NCBI GenBank assembly: GCA_002633005.1
Contig: NMRA01000834.1
Location: 8,297-69,432, forward strand
DNA from: Phoronis australis
Lineage: Eukaryota > Animalia > Phoronida
Length of the DNA: 61,136 nt
Direction of reading: 5' to 3'
The translations under genes and the position numbers were made by a program. The notes beneath the pieces were generated by a model. It saw nothing but the letters and a program-made list of their open reading frames with translations. It made no database searches and had not been told where the DNA came from. The stretch's first letter is position 1. The number at the start of each line of letters is the position of its first letter. This document shows positions 13,300-25,242 of this stretch, piece by piece.

Positions 13300-13800
13300 A
13301 AATGAGGCCGATAACTAAGTTAGATCAACCCAAGAGGTAACTGCATGAAACTGGTCAAAATTATTCAACATAGACAAATGTATCATGAATGAACACTTCC
13401 AGACAAATTCAGTAGTGAATTAATCCCAAAGACACGCCCAAACTTCAGAGTTGAGCTAGATAAACACTCCAGGTAACCAGTTGAGGCCAACTACATAACG
13501 TTCAGCATCACTCCACATGACACAACTGTTATATGACAGACAATTTCAGTGGTCGGAGGCGTCTGCCACACCCCCACAACCTAGCTTAGATCAACCTAAG
13601 AGGTAACCACATGAAACCAGTTACAAAATATTCAACATCAAACCATGTGTCATGAATTAACTTTTGCCAATCAAATACCGCCAGACACGCCATAACGTCC
13701 GAGTTGAGCTAAATCAACCCACCAGATAACCGGTTGAAACCAAGTGACTCATGTCCAGAATCTCTCCACATTGCACGACTGTTACATGCCAGAAAATTTC
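13300..13800 (+). repeat. Dispersed repeat made of ~120-150 bp subunits (agctagatcaacc-aagaggtaac core)
   Basis: The core motif occurs four times here. The same family occurs inverted at about 17135-17660 and direct at about 60255-60700. Confidence 0.75.
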
Positions 13801-13899
13801 GGAGGTGACATACTACAGGCAGACAAAATAAAAGATTGGATCATTCGAGAAATCCAATTTACGATGAATGAATACTGCTTCGTACTTTAATAGTGATTC

Positions 13900-16350
13900 A
13901 AATATTCCGTTAGAACCAATCAATTGCATTTCAATTTTCCAGGGCGGGATGTCTTTACCAGGCAAATTCAACTGGCTGTTGACAATTTACCTAAGCTGGT
14001 AAGTGATGTACATTTATTGAAGAGTACACAGAACATACAAAGAAATAATAGCAAACAAAGAAATCGCGAAGCATTATATCTAAGCTGGTCCTACTTCCAC
14101 TTGTCGCCAGGCATTGGAAGACAGTACAAAAGCCAAGTCAAGTGTGCCGCCTCAGTTACACTATTGATATTTTGCGTTTAATCTAAACATCAATACATAT
14201 CCCTTTATAAGATGCGACAGTCGTGTTTAGCTTCTTTGCATGTAACAGCTTACGTAAAGCAAACCCTTCATGAGTCATAGCCGGGCCGGTTACCAACGGT
14301 TTACGAAGCGTGAACACCAAAGCCTTCTGGTCACTTCCCAATCATGACTGTACTCATTTTGAACAACGAAGTCGACTGGAACAATACAGTTTCAGTTCTT
14401 TACTCAAGGACGCAATCGTCACTTCATGAGGCATTTGCTAGTGGATTCCACTTAACACAAATTTAAGGAAATGAAAGATCCACGATATTGAATGAGTTGT
14501 GTTGTAAGATACGAGAACAAAACCATGTACATAAGTTTGACCTCGTGGTCATCCTTGAAGTTACTTTGTGCGGTCACGCAAATTCAGAGACTTTACCAAA
14601 ACCAATACTGCCATGGGCACCAGTCGACTGTGAACAGAACAGACGAAAATCTCCTCAGTTTCAACATTATCCATTGGTTTGATTTGTCTTTACTGTTTTA
14701 ATTGGGGAATGAATTAAAAGATTCGTTTTTGTAGCCAATGTTTGTATTATAGATTATTTAATCATAAATAGTTATTCAGACACCATTTTCATGGCAAACG
14801 GGATCATTGCATGAATTTGTTTAGTGCCAGTTAGTACTGAAATTTTCAATTTGGTTGCAGCACCTATTCACATCGACCTTTATACAGGTCGATATGTGGT
14901 CACACTCAGTGAAGGCGTGGTGTCCGAGAATGGCTCAGATAAGTCCGTCTTTGCGCTTTTCGAGAACATTCACTGTGTTAGACATGTTGACGAATATCCT
15001 ACTCTTTCCCATTTACCACAGTTTATGACAACTTTATGCGTGAATAGTGTTAATAGCTGCGTCGTTGCTCAAGTGTCCCAATCAAGATCACCGAGACATC
15101 CATATCTGATGCCTTCATCATCACGCAGTTGCCGCCACTTTGCAGGGTTACCAGAGACGTTGTTTGCAGTCATTGTACTTGCTTCATCGCGAGAAGGTTA
15201 TTATCGGGAACGTACTGGTAAGAATGGCGATGAGAAACAATCAAGGTTTTTCCTCCGAGGATATGCCAGGAATGATCTTTAGTCCATTATAGAAACGTCA
15301 AATAGTGTTTCCGTACCTTATTCAGTTCAAAAACATTGCCGAGAAGTGTTTTTGAAGTCTCAGTCTGTTATGACATTTACATGGGTTTATATACGCCGCG
15401 TTGTTTCTTTTTCATGTCTTTGATTGAATTTTGTCCAGTCTCCAAAGAAACCACTAGCAATACTAATCGACCAAACTGATCAGTTTATTGCGCCCATCCT
15501 TCCTTATGAGATGACCGACTGCAGAATCAGTTCTTTGTCATAAATTTTCATTTAGGCTTGCAGAATGCCTTCATCTGGGAAAGCTTATATTTTCATGCTT
15601 TTTCAACTGAATATATTTTTGTTCCTTTGACATGTTCTTCATCTGTGTCGACCTGGTGAGAGAAGTTTCCAAAGGGCAAAATCTACCCCTTCTGCCACAA
15701 TTACGATAATGCGCAAGAACAATTATAGTAGGACTCTGTGCGTTTTGGTTCTTTGTAAGACCGATGTCTTAGCTTGCGTCTTCGCAGTATTAACGGAAAT
15801 TTTTTGACAACATTTTCTAGTCACAAAAATCTATTGGCACCGCCGTTGCATCGAGAGTTCAGTTGCAATAATAACCAGAACCGACGGAACATCCGCCACA
15901 GGATAGCAGAATCGTCAATTTTCACGCTCAGTGAGGCCAATTGTTCTTTTCATCTTCGACTGTTTGCGCTCTCCCAAACATTTTAAAAATCCTGGACATT
16001 ACGAAACTTAGTGACAGCCAATGATGGAGATCATCAACGCGTCCAGTGCCTGACCATTGTGGCTGAGTCCACGTAATTGCTGTAAACCACCTGCTTAAAA
16101 CCATCCAGACACCATGTACATGAACAGTTATTGGGTCGATCTAATTACCAGTAACTGACAAAGTGTTTAGGAAAACCTGTTCTCAGTTCATCATCTTTCA
16201 AGGACTTTTTAATTGTCATTATACACGTGTACTCTGGAAATACAGGCATTTGCGTTGTATTCCTAACATGGACAACAGCAAAAATACAACCTCTTACTAG
16301 CCACGCAAAACCAAGGCCTTCGTTTTTGGATGAAAGTCATCTGAAAACAG
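13900..16350 (+). pseudogene. Possible highly decayed DNA-transposon coding region (Academ-like)
   Basis: Scattered, ordered motif-like remnants: DKSVFA..R.VD...LSH (~14940), VLVLCKTDVL (~15742), LAPPLHREFSCNN (~15834; cf. ALP.FHA.TGCDT) and PP...RHHV..RSNYQ (~16090-16150). It lies between inverted copies of the subunit repeat. Very degenerate. Confidence 0.3.
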
Positions 16351-17134
16351 TCAACTTTGACGAAATTGATAAAATATGCCTAATAGAAGCCTAGTTTCGC
16401 CGAAATAAATTGTACATCTGTCATGGAGGGGTGTTGACGGAAGATCATTTTCAATATTATATATGTTGTTGTTGGCATTGCTGTAATAAATATTACTTTC
16501 TAATACGCGTCGACGCCATTGTGCGACAAATAACTGGAGCTCAAGAGGTAAAAATGGACAGAGAAATGCGCAGTGCCTACTTGAATCACGTTTACGCTGT
16601 GGTTAATAGGACATTATCGTCCGAGAAAAGTAGTTTTCTTCTGGAAATCAACCTCGACTTGGGATGAAACCTGCAATACCTCCAGTGGCAGCCTAACAGT
16701 CTACTGGTGGGGTTCAATCACACTTGATATTTTAAGAGCATGTAATCACAAACATTTTGGTGTTTTGTAGGTCTGGTACAAACTAATAACTTTATGAAGT
16801 CTGTCCCATCGAACAATGATCCCATAATGCGTTTTTTGGCCGTAGTTCCTTTAAGCAGAGCCTTGTTTTGTCCAGGAGAACGCACCAACTTCAGAATTAG
16901 TGAACTTGTCTTCACACCATAGGTGGCTGGGGGGGGGGTGGCTATAGCCCCACTTTTTTCTGTGCTACGCTGCACATGCTGCATGAACATGTACATGGAT
17001 AAATTTGTGGACGAGCATGATTGGTCCACTCCTCCATTTCGCTTGTGGTGCTGTATTCATTCATAGCACACACCCCTTATGGCGAATGTTGTTTCGAGCT
17101 TTGTCCTTTCATTTTTGTTCGACAGAAGCAATCC

Positions 17135-17660
17135 ACCACTAAAATTGTCTGGCATATAATAGTTGTTGGATGTGGAATGGTGTAGAACACATTGCCCTTG
17201 GCTTCAACAAGTTACCTGATGGGTTGATCTAGCTCAACTTTGAGGTTTGGGCATGTCTGGCGGATTTGTCTGACGGTGCTCAATCTCGATGCAGTGGTCT
17301 ATGTTGAATAATTTCTAACCAGTTTCATGCGCTTACCTATAGGGTTGACCTAGCTCAAATTCTGGCCTCATTTATAACCGTCTGGATGATGTTCCTCACC
17401 TCTGAAATTGTCTGGCACTGGGTACTTTTGATAGCGTGAATTTAGCAGTAGATTTCGCACGTGATTTTAAGTGGTTACCAGAAAAGTTGATCCAGCTCAT
17501 CTTTTGAGTGCAATTCTCATGCATGGGCGGCACACTATAGGGGATGGGGGAGCTATAGTCCCCACTTATATCAGTGCTGCGCCGCCAATATCATGCCCCC
17601 TAACCACACCCACCACAGCAAACCTTTCTAGCATTGAGGTACCCATGGATCAATAGATCA
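17135..17660 (-). repeat. Inverted copy of the subunit repeat family (possible long TIR)
   Basis: gggttgatctagct motifs at about 17221, 17342 and 17486. The reverse complement aligns by eye with 60255-60480. Confidence 0.75.
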
Positions 17661-18087
17661 ATGTGATTTCATAGAAAAATAGTTACCTTTTCATGCCCGA
17701 AAAACCTCTTGGATTCCGGTCTGTATAACTTATCAAGGCACAATTATAAAGCAAAAGTAAGGTGGTGTTTTGATAGAATTCATGAGGTAGTTAAATTCAA
17801 ATTTCAGTTATATGGCATGTTATGAATGAGCTGACTGAAATTATTACCTGTCATCAATCAGAATCTCGTTTTGTCAAACGTGGCAGAGGTACGTAGATGT
17901 TAAATGTTTTATGAAGGTTGTCCTTACCAAATCTAAGATGCGATCGCTACACTTTTTTCTTTCTATATGAAACACAATCAACTGAACCACGTTCTACATT
18001 ACAAACAAATTTTGGATAAAGCGGGCCCCTGTTCTGTATGTCTGTTTGTCAAGATATTTAGGGATGAGGAAGATGCAAATGTTTTAC

Positions 18088-18141
18088 CTTTGAACTTCGG
18101 TCGCTCTGTGTCGTTCCATGGTGCTGTCGAGGTCCACCAGG
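18088..18141 (-). CDS. Putative 5' exon of the hillarin-like gene (54 bp)
   Basis: Pyrimidine-rich ctacag| acceptor and AAG|gtaaaa donor. Phase 0-0 reading PGGPRQHHGTTQSDRSSK is compatible with the next exon. No homology support. Confidence 0.45.
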
Positions 18142-18542
18142 CTGTAGCGGGGTTGACGTAAAAGTAGAGTTCGTGATGAAATCACTAATTCATAATTATT
18201 ATATTGATTATACTCAAAATAGGCTCAGGCATTTTCATCTAACCCGATATTTGTTTTTGTCGCTAAAGGCTTTTTTAAAACTTTTTAATTTCGTCAACAG
18301 ATTTCACCCACTTAATACGAATTAACTGTAACCTAATTCAATCAGGTGTTACCATAATTTCAATCACGTCAAATACGTGATAAACAAATGATTTTAAACA
18401 ATCTTGTTTGACCCTGAAAGACAGCATTAAACATGCTCGCCAAGTTTCAGTAAAGTCTAAGACTTTAATTCTCTTAACAGTTGTTGGCTTCGTGTTGTTG
18501 AGTTTTTCTTTCTTTATCTAGTGTTATTAGTAACCTGTTCAC

Positions 18543-18596
18543 CTTAAAGGACGAGTGATGATGAGGGTACTGGCCTTTCAGCGACTGTTTCTTCAT
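18543..18596 (-). CDS. Putative first coding exon of the hillarin-like gene
   Basis: ACCATG start with in-frame stops just upstream, reading MKKQSLKGQYPHHHSSFK to an AAG|gtgaac donor. All six exons total 2217 nt (738 aa plus stop). Based on splice signals only. Confidence 0.35.
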
Positions 18597-19237
18597 GGTC
18601 TGTTTTCAGTTTCAACGATTTGTTCACCTCATTTCCCAACCACACCCACGAGAGGCATGGCTATGTTACCTGATGTAACGACGCACTGCTGACATGTGAT
18701 TCAGTCTTGACTCAACAGCTAATGACGTGCAAGGTGGGAGTGGCTTAGCAAACATGCGATTTAATCACGACTACATTTACGTATGTCGATTTTGTTAATT
18801 TTTTGCAGTCAACAGCTGCTATTTGATTTGCAATTTTCTCATCTGGCAAACATTTCGATTTTGATGCTTGAAAGTGGGTGTGAGAGCTGTTCCTGAGAGG
18901 GTACATCGGACTGGGTACACTGAAGGAATGAGGCATAAAACAGCTTGATCAGCTAGTGTGTCTTTATAGTGATGCGGATGCACCCTCTTCAAACTTTTCT
19001 TTTCACGGCAACTCGTGTATTTACATGGGCACCCCGACTTCGTTACAAGAAAAGCAAACGTTTAGCAAATTTAGTAGAAAGCTGTTAGTCGCTTCGGCAT
19101 GATTGGTGGAACGAACAATTTAACATTGTAGAAACGCTGTTGGTTTCAAAACAAGGTACATGACTCAAGCAATTAGTGAACACGGTTCACGGACCTGCAA
19201 ACTGAATCTACATGCTCTCCAGCTTGTGCCGCACTCA

Positions 19238-19609
19238 CAGAGGTACCATTGAATCGCACGCACGAGCATCGCATCTTACAGATGAACCATCTACGAACCT
19301 ATGAATCATGCATACGAGCCCAAAATCACGTATACGAACAAAAATCATGCGCACGAACCACAAAAATCATACGAACACAAAATCATACACACGAGCATCC
19401 AATCACACGCACGAAAACTTTATCGTTCGTATGCATGATTCTGTTCGTGGGTGTGACTTTTTGTGATTTGTGCGCATGATTTTTGTTCGCATGCGTGATT
19501 TTTGCATTCGTATGCATGACTCATGAGTTTGTATCCATCATTCATCAGTTTGTAGGTGGTTCGTACGTAAGATGCGAAGCACGCTGCTTATGATTCTATG
19601 GCACCCCTG
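19238..19609. mobile_element. Foldback/MITE-like palindromic element with short internal tandem repeats
   Basis: Termini cagaggtaccattgaatc and gattctatggcacccctg are inverted. The left arm (aaaatcatgc..acgaac units) mirrors the right arm (gttcg..gcatgatttt units). Confidence 0.75.
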
Positions 19610-20369
19610 CCTCACAAAATTGCAGGCTTCCTCAGTTAAAAAGCACGACCCAGTGACTTGTATTCACCAACACAAAGAGACTGTGAACCATGTTTACATG
19701 TGCTAGAGTGGTGTTTGCGATCCATGAGATGTGAGTTTATTACAGGTATTTGACGAGTCCACAAGCCGTGATTTTTGAATTGCGTAATTCGAATTTTGAG
19801 AGTGTAGGTTGATCCCAGGAAGCTGAGATCACATGACCTTGAGCCGTCTTGATAAATAAAGAGCTATGTCCATACGTCCAAGTTCAATAGAGATAAGAAT
19901 GTGACACAAGACATGTGGTTATTTTGTATATCTCATAATATCTCCTTGAAAACGTTTGTCATTAATTGCCTAAATTGTAAATTATAACTAGGTTACTTAG
20001 CCATGATAGGAACTATGCCACGGACGCTCCTCTTGAAGAGACCATGCAATTGGTGTCAAAATTCATCACAGTCCTCAATTCTAATGAGCGTTAAATTTAC
20101 GTCCATTAACACTGTAGTCTTCAAAGTCCGTTTTCTTGGCACGACAATGAATCCCTTGCGGTGTACCACATGCAGTTGTCGATATCATGGGTATTTGGGT
20201 GCAACGCTTCTGCACATCCTAACAGTATTTACTTCGTATAAAAATTGCTTGCTCAGACCACTAAACAAGTGTTCTGATTTACTTGGTACCACTTTTTAAA
20301 TTTCTGAAGTTCCGGTATGTCATTGCTGGAGCGGTAACGGGTATCGGAGGCCAAGTGCGACATAAATCT

Positions 20370-21415
20370 GATTTATTACTGTAGTAATTCTCGTTTTATT
20401 CCCGTAGCCTATCAGAAGCCCGGAATAATTACTGTAATATATATTTTTGGCTGTAATTAATATTTAATCTAGTTATAAATATTTATTACTGGAATAAATC
20501 AACCAATCGGATGCCAGGAATAATTATTTAGTGGAATAAATAAACCAATCGGTTGCCAGGAATAATAATGTCACGTTTTTCCCAGTGTGTGGGTGGGCGC
20601 AGGTTGTTACAGACCGGTGCTAATAGCTTTCGGTGCCACGATTGACTGAAGACTGGTTCGAATTAATCCTTTATTAATACCGACCGTACGTTCACAAGCC
20701 TACTCAAACAAAACGTCCGACGTAATGTCTGTTTATGCTCCAACCAGTGCTGCGAAGCCTTGACCTGTGATGAACTTTTGAGACACGTTCAGCAACTGTT
20801 ACACTCGTCGATTCAATAACCTGCTGTCTCTATAGCTGGTTCTCTATTGGTTACCGCTGTAACTGCTGATTCTCTTCACTGCAACTCAACTGTAATTCTC
20901 CTGATTAACTTTCTTGAATTTCTGATGAACTGACTTGATCTGACTAACACAAACCCGTGCTTGTGTATTTATAGCCTAAGGCATTGTTCTGGAACTTTAC
21001 ATCAATTCAATCACATTCTAGAACTTCCCTGAATCTACCCAATCATTCTACAAACATATACTAGTCTCTGGAATATTCCAGGCCACATCAATCGCTGTCA
21101 TGCTAGAGTCTTCTAGAAAGTTCCTCACTATACTGTAGTAAACAAATGACATAATCATTGTACTGACCACAGTCCTCTAGAAAGTTCCATACTATTCTGC
21201 AGCAAACAAACTACAACATCACTGTACCTAACTCAGGGGTCATGCCAATCAAACAGAATAACAAAACAAAACAAAACAAAACAATACAAATAAAAACAGT
21301 GTCAGTCTACATTCTGACAAATAACTGTGATAAATATTTATTACTGTAATTAATATTTATTCCAGTGATAAATATTAATTACAGTAATTATTCCTGGCAT
21401 CTGATCGGTTGATTT
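20370..21415. repeat. AT-rich repeat/MITE-like element interrupted by a solo LTR
   Basis: aaccaatcggatgccaggaataat occurs twice on the left and in inverted form (attattcctggcatctgatcggttgattta) on the right, with ttactgtaat-type short repeats on both sides. Confidence 0.55.
20569..21319. mobile_element. Solo LTR (751 bp)
   Basis: TGTCA...TGACA terminal inverted repeat, exact 5-bp target duplication AATAA (20564-20568 and 21320-21324), and a related copy at 36524. Confidence 0.8.
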
Positions 21416-21768
21416 ACATGTCTCTGGGCTGTATCATTTTGGAAGCTCCTTGTAGGTGCCGAGACATGGTGACGAAAAGGGCGTATAGTCGCCATTTTAT
21501 TTTGATGACCTGAAGAAAAAGGCGTTCTGTCACCACTTTCATGGAAACAAATCGTGAACGACATGTTTTAGAGACGGGCCAAAAACCGACGTGTGACACC
21601 TGAAAATTGAACATCCTGTAGTGGTGTTGTCGGATGGCACTGAATTTTATTTCAAACATGTCGTGAATACCATTTACTTATTAAGATAGACAGAAAAGGC
21701 GACAAGAGTGGCGTGTCAGACAGGTGAATAACCTGCAGAGCGTTTGTGATGTTTGATGAGTTTTGAAA

Positions 21769-21772
<4 letters not shown>

Positions 21773-21826
<54 letters not shown>
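21773..21826. repeat. (CA)n microsatellite
   Basis: Uninterrupted CA run. Confidence 0.98.
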
Positions 21827-21833
<7 letters not shown>

Positions 21834-21949
21834 CCAACTTACACACCAAACATACGGTACACCTGAAAATTAAACAGAAAATAATACGAAAGTGCTTGAG
21901 GTGAAGGACATCTGCTGGCATCAGAAAGTTATAATGAAACAAGACATCA

Positions 21950-22430
21950 TTGTTTCGTGTCAACACACGAGAGGGCATTGCATCACAAAGATTGAACAAT
22001 GGACACACGGCTTCATCATTAAGATCTAAATTGTTATGAATCATACTGAAAATAGATTCCAAACCTTTTCCTCGACAACGAACATCCGGTAAAATAAACA
22101 GTATTAACCGCACGCAGAAGAGTTTGATCTTAAAGTGGTTTTATGGTGGTTCTCCTTAAAACAGTAGTGCGTCGAATAAAATCACAAATGTCCTCGATTA
22201 AGGGTTTAACTCCATGGGAATCAAAACATTATCCACGCTAGCTGTACGTCAGGTACATGGCCACCGAGTGCGTGCCGGGTTTATTGCTCGTAGCGTAATT
22301 ACAAACGTAGGCACTTGGTTATTTTCATCACGCAAACGTCTTTGAGCTAGTCACTTGGAAAGCATACACCGAACACTGCTCCAACAAAGCGAGCCTGCGA
22401 CAAAATGACTCAGATGTCATATGTATTCAT
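21950..22430 (-). pseudogene. Adenain-like cysteine (maturation) protease remnant
   Basis: Reads MNTYDI*VILS..FGVCFPSD*L..YVCN..SNKPGTHSVAMY..CFDSHG..SSACG*YC..RCRG..ND..V, matching the Polinton protease pattern PG.HWVA..YFDS.G..CG.YC. Contains stops and frameshifts. Confidence 0.8.
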
Positions 22431-22434
22431 GTTT

Positions 22435-23666
22435 CACAAGGTGTAAAATTGAACAAGACGTTCCCGTTTTCGAACTCGGTCTACACAAGCGTGTTGATGG
22501 TTCTCGGTAAGGGTTTGTCGAAATGAACCTCAACATGCATGTTTCCTTGTTTTATGAGCTTGAAATAAGAGCCATCAGAGAGGTCAGGGGTGAGGTCAAA
22601 ATCAAACAGAGTGTTACCCTTTGCATAATCTGCACGACTAATATCTTTCCCTTTATCCGACAATATGCTCGCAAAACTACGAAGAAACGTGTGGTCAAAC
22701 ATTGGTTGAAGTTGTTTGGAACGTATTTATTGGCTGCCGACGTACAGTGATAGGAAATTGATGTTGAAGTGCTTCAAATTTAAGCCATTCTTGACGCACG
22801 TTCCGTTGAAGTCATCTGTGTCGCAGAGCCGGAGAACAAATCTTTTCGCAATCTGTCCAAGGAACAAATTTTCCTCGATTGCAAACAAGTGTCCAACAGA
22901 AATGGAAAACACTTTGCACTCGACTCGTCTAATGGGTTAATGTGTGCTACATGAACCGCCGAACTGAGTTTGACCTATCTGACAAAGAGTTGCTTCTTTA
23001 ATCTTAACTTTGAAGCCTTTGGAGGCATCGGCAGCCATGAGTGCGAAGGCGTTTTTACATCGCATCAGGCAAATCTTGACATCGAGGTACTGAGGAGGTC
23101 TTGCATGAAAAATATCGTTATCAAGTCTACCTATCCACATTGGCACTTTCCGCCATCAGAGACGTTCGAATTATGAATCCAACGTTCTCGTTATCCTTGA
23201 CGTCGCACGTGCCACCCGTGTCTTTGTACCACATCGCAGACGACAGGTGTCCCTTCTTCGCTTCACCTCCATAGGATAGAAGGGTTTCGAGATAAGCGCG
23301 AAAAGCGTAAAGGCTGGGGATAAACTATATAAGCTTTTCGTTGAGAGACACGCCCACTTGAGAAAAAGCGACTGTAACCAAAGACTAGTCGCTGCTACTT
23401 TGGTGTCTACATCGAGATCATTGTTGTCGGTCTTGGTGTTTTTGGTTTTCACGTAAAGGTTGGCGTTGACCAAGTCCAGATATTCATACCCCAAACCTGA
23501 AATAAAGAATTCTATGGGAACACAGTCGGTCACGCTGCCGATAAGGTGGTGTTTTACCCATTGTTCAAATCCAATGCTTGCTAGAGTCTGTTTGATTAGG
23601 ACTAACAGTAAACAGATCCAATTCACTCTTGACACATTCGTATGATTTGTCGCGTACGAACGACCT
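22435..23666 (-). pseudogene. Polinton/adintovirus major capsid protein (double jelly-roll, hexon-like) remnant
   Basis: N-terminus SFVRDKSYECVKSELDLF..PIEFFISGLGYEYLDL..LYVK..LWLQSLF. C-terminus ISRADYAKGNTLFDFDLTPDLSDG..KQGNMHVEVHFDKPLPRTIN..EFEN. Many frameshifts. Confidence 0.88.
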
Positions 23667-23668
23667 AT

Positions 23669-24070
23669 TCAAATGAAAATATCTCTTTGAGGTGTTCTTC
23701 GTGTTTTAGTTTTCTTGAAAGTCTTGTGATTTTCTCAGCATTTTATAGCCTTGTGCGATGTCCGGAGATGAAGCTTTGTTCAGCAACTGTTCCCCGCGAC
23801 TTCCCTCAACCGTTTTACAGACGCTTCCTTTTCACTTTTCCTTTGCAGCAACTCACCTGCAAACTCGATGCCTGTGCGCAAAGCTTGTTTTCTTGTGATG
23901 AGCCGCAAGGCATTTCTAAAGAGCCTTCAGAGCACCGATCCAAGTCCGTGTCTAAGTTGCACGCTCGCTCCAGAAAAGACAGGAAGTCAATTTCCCTCTT
24001 GAGCGGCGTAATAATCGTCATACAGGCTGCGACAGTCGTCCGAAAAATATTGTTTCCTAACCGATTTCAT
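23669..24070 (-). pseudogene. Polinton small basic core-protein precursor (adenovirus pX/pVII-like) remnant
   Basis: Reads MKSVRKQYF..YDDYYAAQEGN*LPVFSGASVQLRHGLGSVL*RLFR and ends with basic residues then RDIFI*. Matches the YY..Q.G..LPVF.G...QRGHGLG pattern found upstream of Polinton capsid genes. Confidence 0.75.
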
Positions 24071-24071
24071 C

Positions 24072-24314
24072 TTAAGAAAAATAAGGAGACTTGATGTGTC
24101 GTAAAACAAGCGTTACTACGACTTTCCCTCGATCGAATGCCTCGACGCTGCCGGTGTCATCCCTTATATGTACTTCCACGCCATTAAATGATTTCGTTGT
24201 AGTGGTTTGTACAGGAAGTTTTGAAATATTCTCGTTGGCGTTCATCACGGACTGGGTCCTCAGCTGAGGGGCAAGCGTATCTTCGTCGAAGTCGTAAGAG
24301 TACAAAAAGTCCAC
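24072..24314 (-). pseudogene. Polinton minor capsid (penton-like) C-terminal fragment
   Basis: FLYSYD..DTLAPQLRT..ENISKLPVQ..KSFNGVEVHIRDDTG..AFDRGKVVVTLVLR matches the penton C-terminal signature (LLR..Y.PV..IEI.IRDDTG..PF..GK..VTLHF). Confidence 0.8.
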
Positions 24315-25242
24315 ACGATGACATTATAGAGAATGGTGACTTGTAACAAAAACACGATTTCTTTCTATGGTATTCAACTTCCAAAAAGAGGCCAGGGCTT
24401 TTGTGTTTGAAGTGGAGATACATGGGCGGTGCACCATACACATGCACATATCTTTAGGTCAATCATTATCACCTGACTTTCCTTATTACGTCCTCAAATA
24501 AATATGTGTTTTGTATTCACTTGCNGGCTCTGGATGAAATAAAAGAGCGAAGTCCAATTCAAGCATAAATGCATATCTTTTTTGGGTAAACCTCTGCGAT
24601 TTCTAAAAATAAGTCTTTGAACTTGGACAAAAATCACGTTTTTGTACACCTCACTTCACTGCCCTCACTAAGAATGACGGTAAATCAACAAAGAAGACCA
24701 AGGAAGTCGTTTAATTTTTTTTATTTGGACAAAATACAGTTATTTATAATAGCCAATTGCTTTTTAAGGCTAATTATCCAATGTAACAGCAGATGAAGCG
24801 GAATACATTTGCCTGTTTTTGAGGTACACTCTAGTGTCAAGTTTCTCATAATAAACGGGAAAAAAACACAGTTTTTGTGACTTTTTGAAAACCGAACCTT
24901 CAGCAAAAAAAATGCAGTATAACAACCTATGTGATGGTTAAATGCAACATGCAAATTATGAGCTCCATCGGTGATACTGCATCCGCTAACATTTCAAGCA
25001 TTTGCAGATTCTACCAAAAAGCCCGTCTTAAATACGGCTATCCTTTGAGTACCTCGAGTATTGTGAGTTTCTCTGGTCTTACTATGTTTTCCCCCGCATG
25101 GTCACAGTTCAATTCTTCTCACGGGCATCGAATGGGATATCACGCTATGCGTGTTCAGCTTATTGATGTGTCTTACTATTGTTTACATAACACCTGTATG
25201 GTTTACGGAATAGTCATTGGCATGTGCCTCCTTTTAGCTGGC

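Larger units (their letters stand above)
21950..24320 (-). mobile_element. Decayed Polinton/Maverick (adintovirus-like) virion morphogenesis module
   Basis: Four collinear, nearly abutting pseudogenes on the minus strand: minor capsid, small core protein, major capsid and cysteine protease. No pPolB, integrase, ATPase or TIR is visible. Confidence 0.85.

Noticed and set aside
21652-22113. 153-aa ORF with a CVCVCV repeat
   Set aside because: A chimera of the Polinton protease tail and the (TG)n microsatellite.
23642-24094. 150-aa plus-strand ORF
   Set aside because: Antisense to the Polinton core-protein pseudogene.
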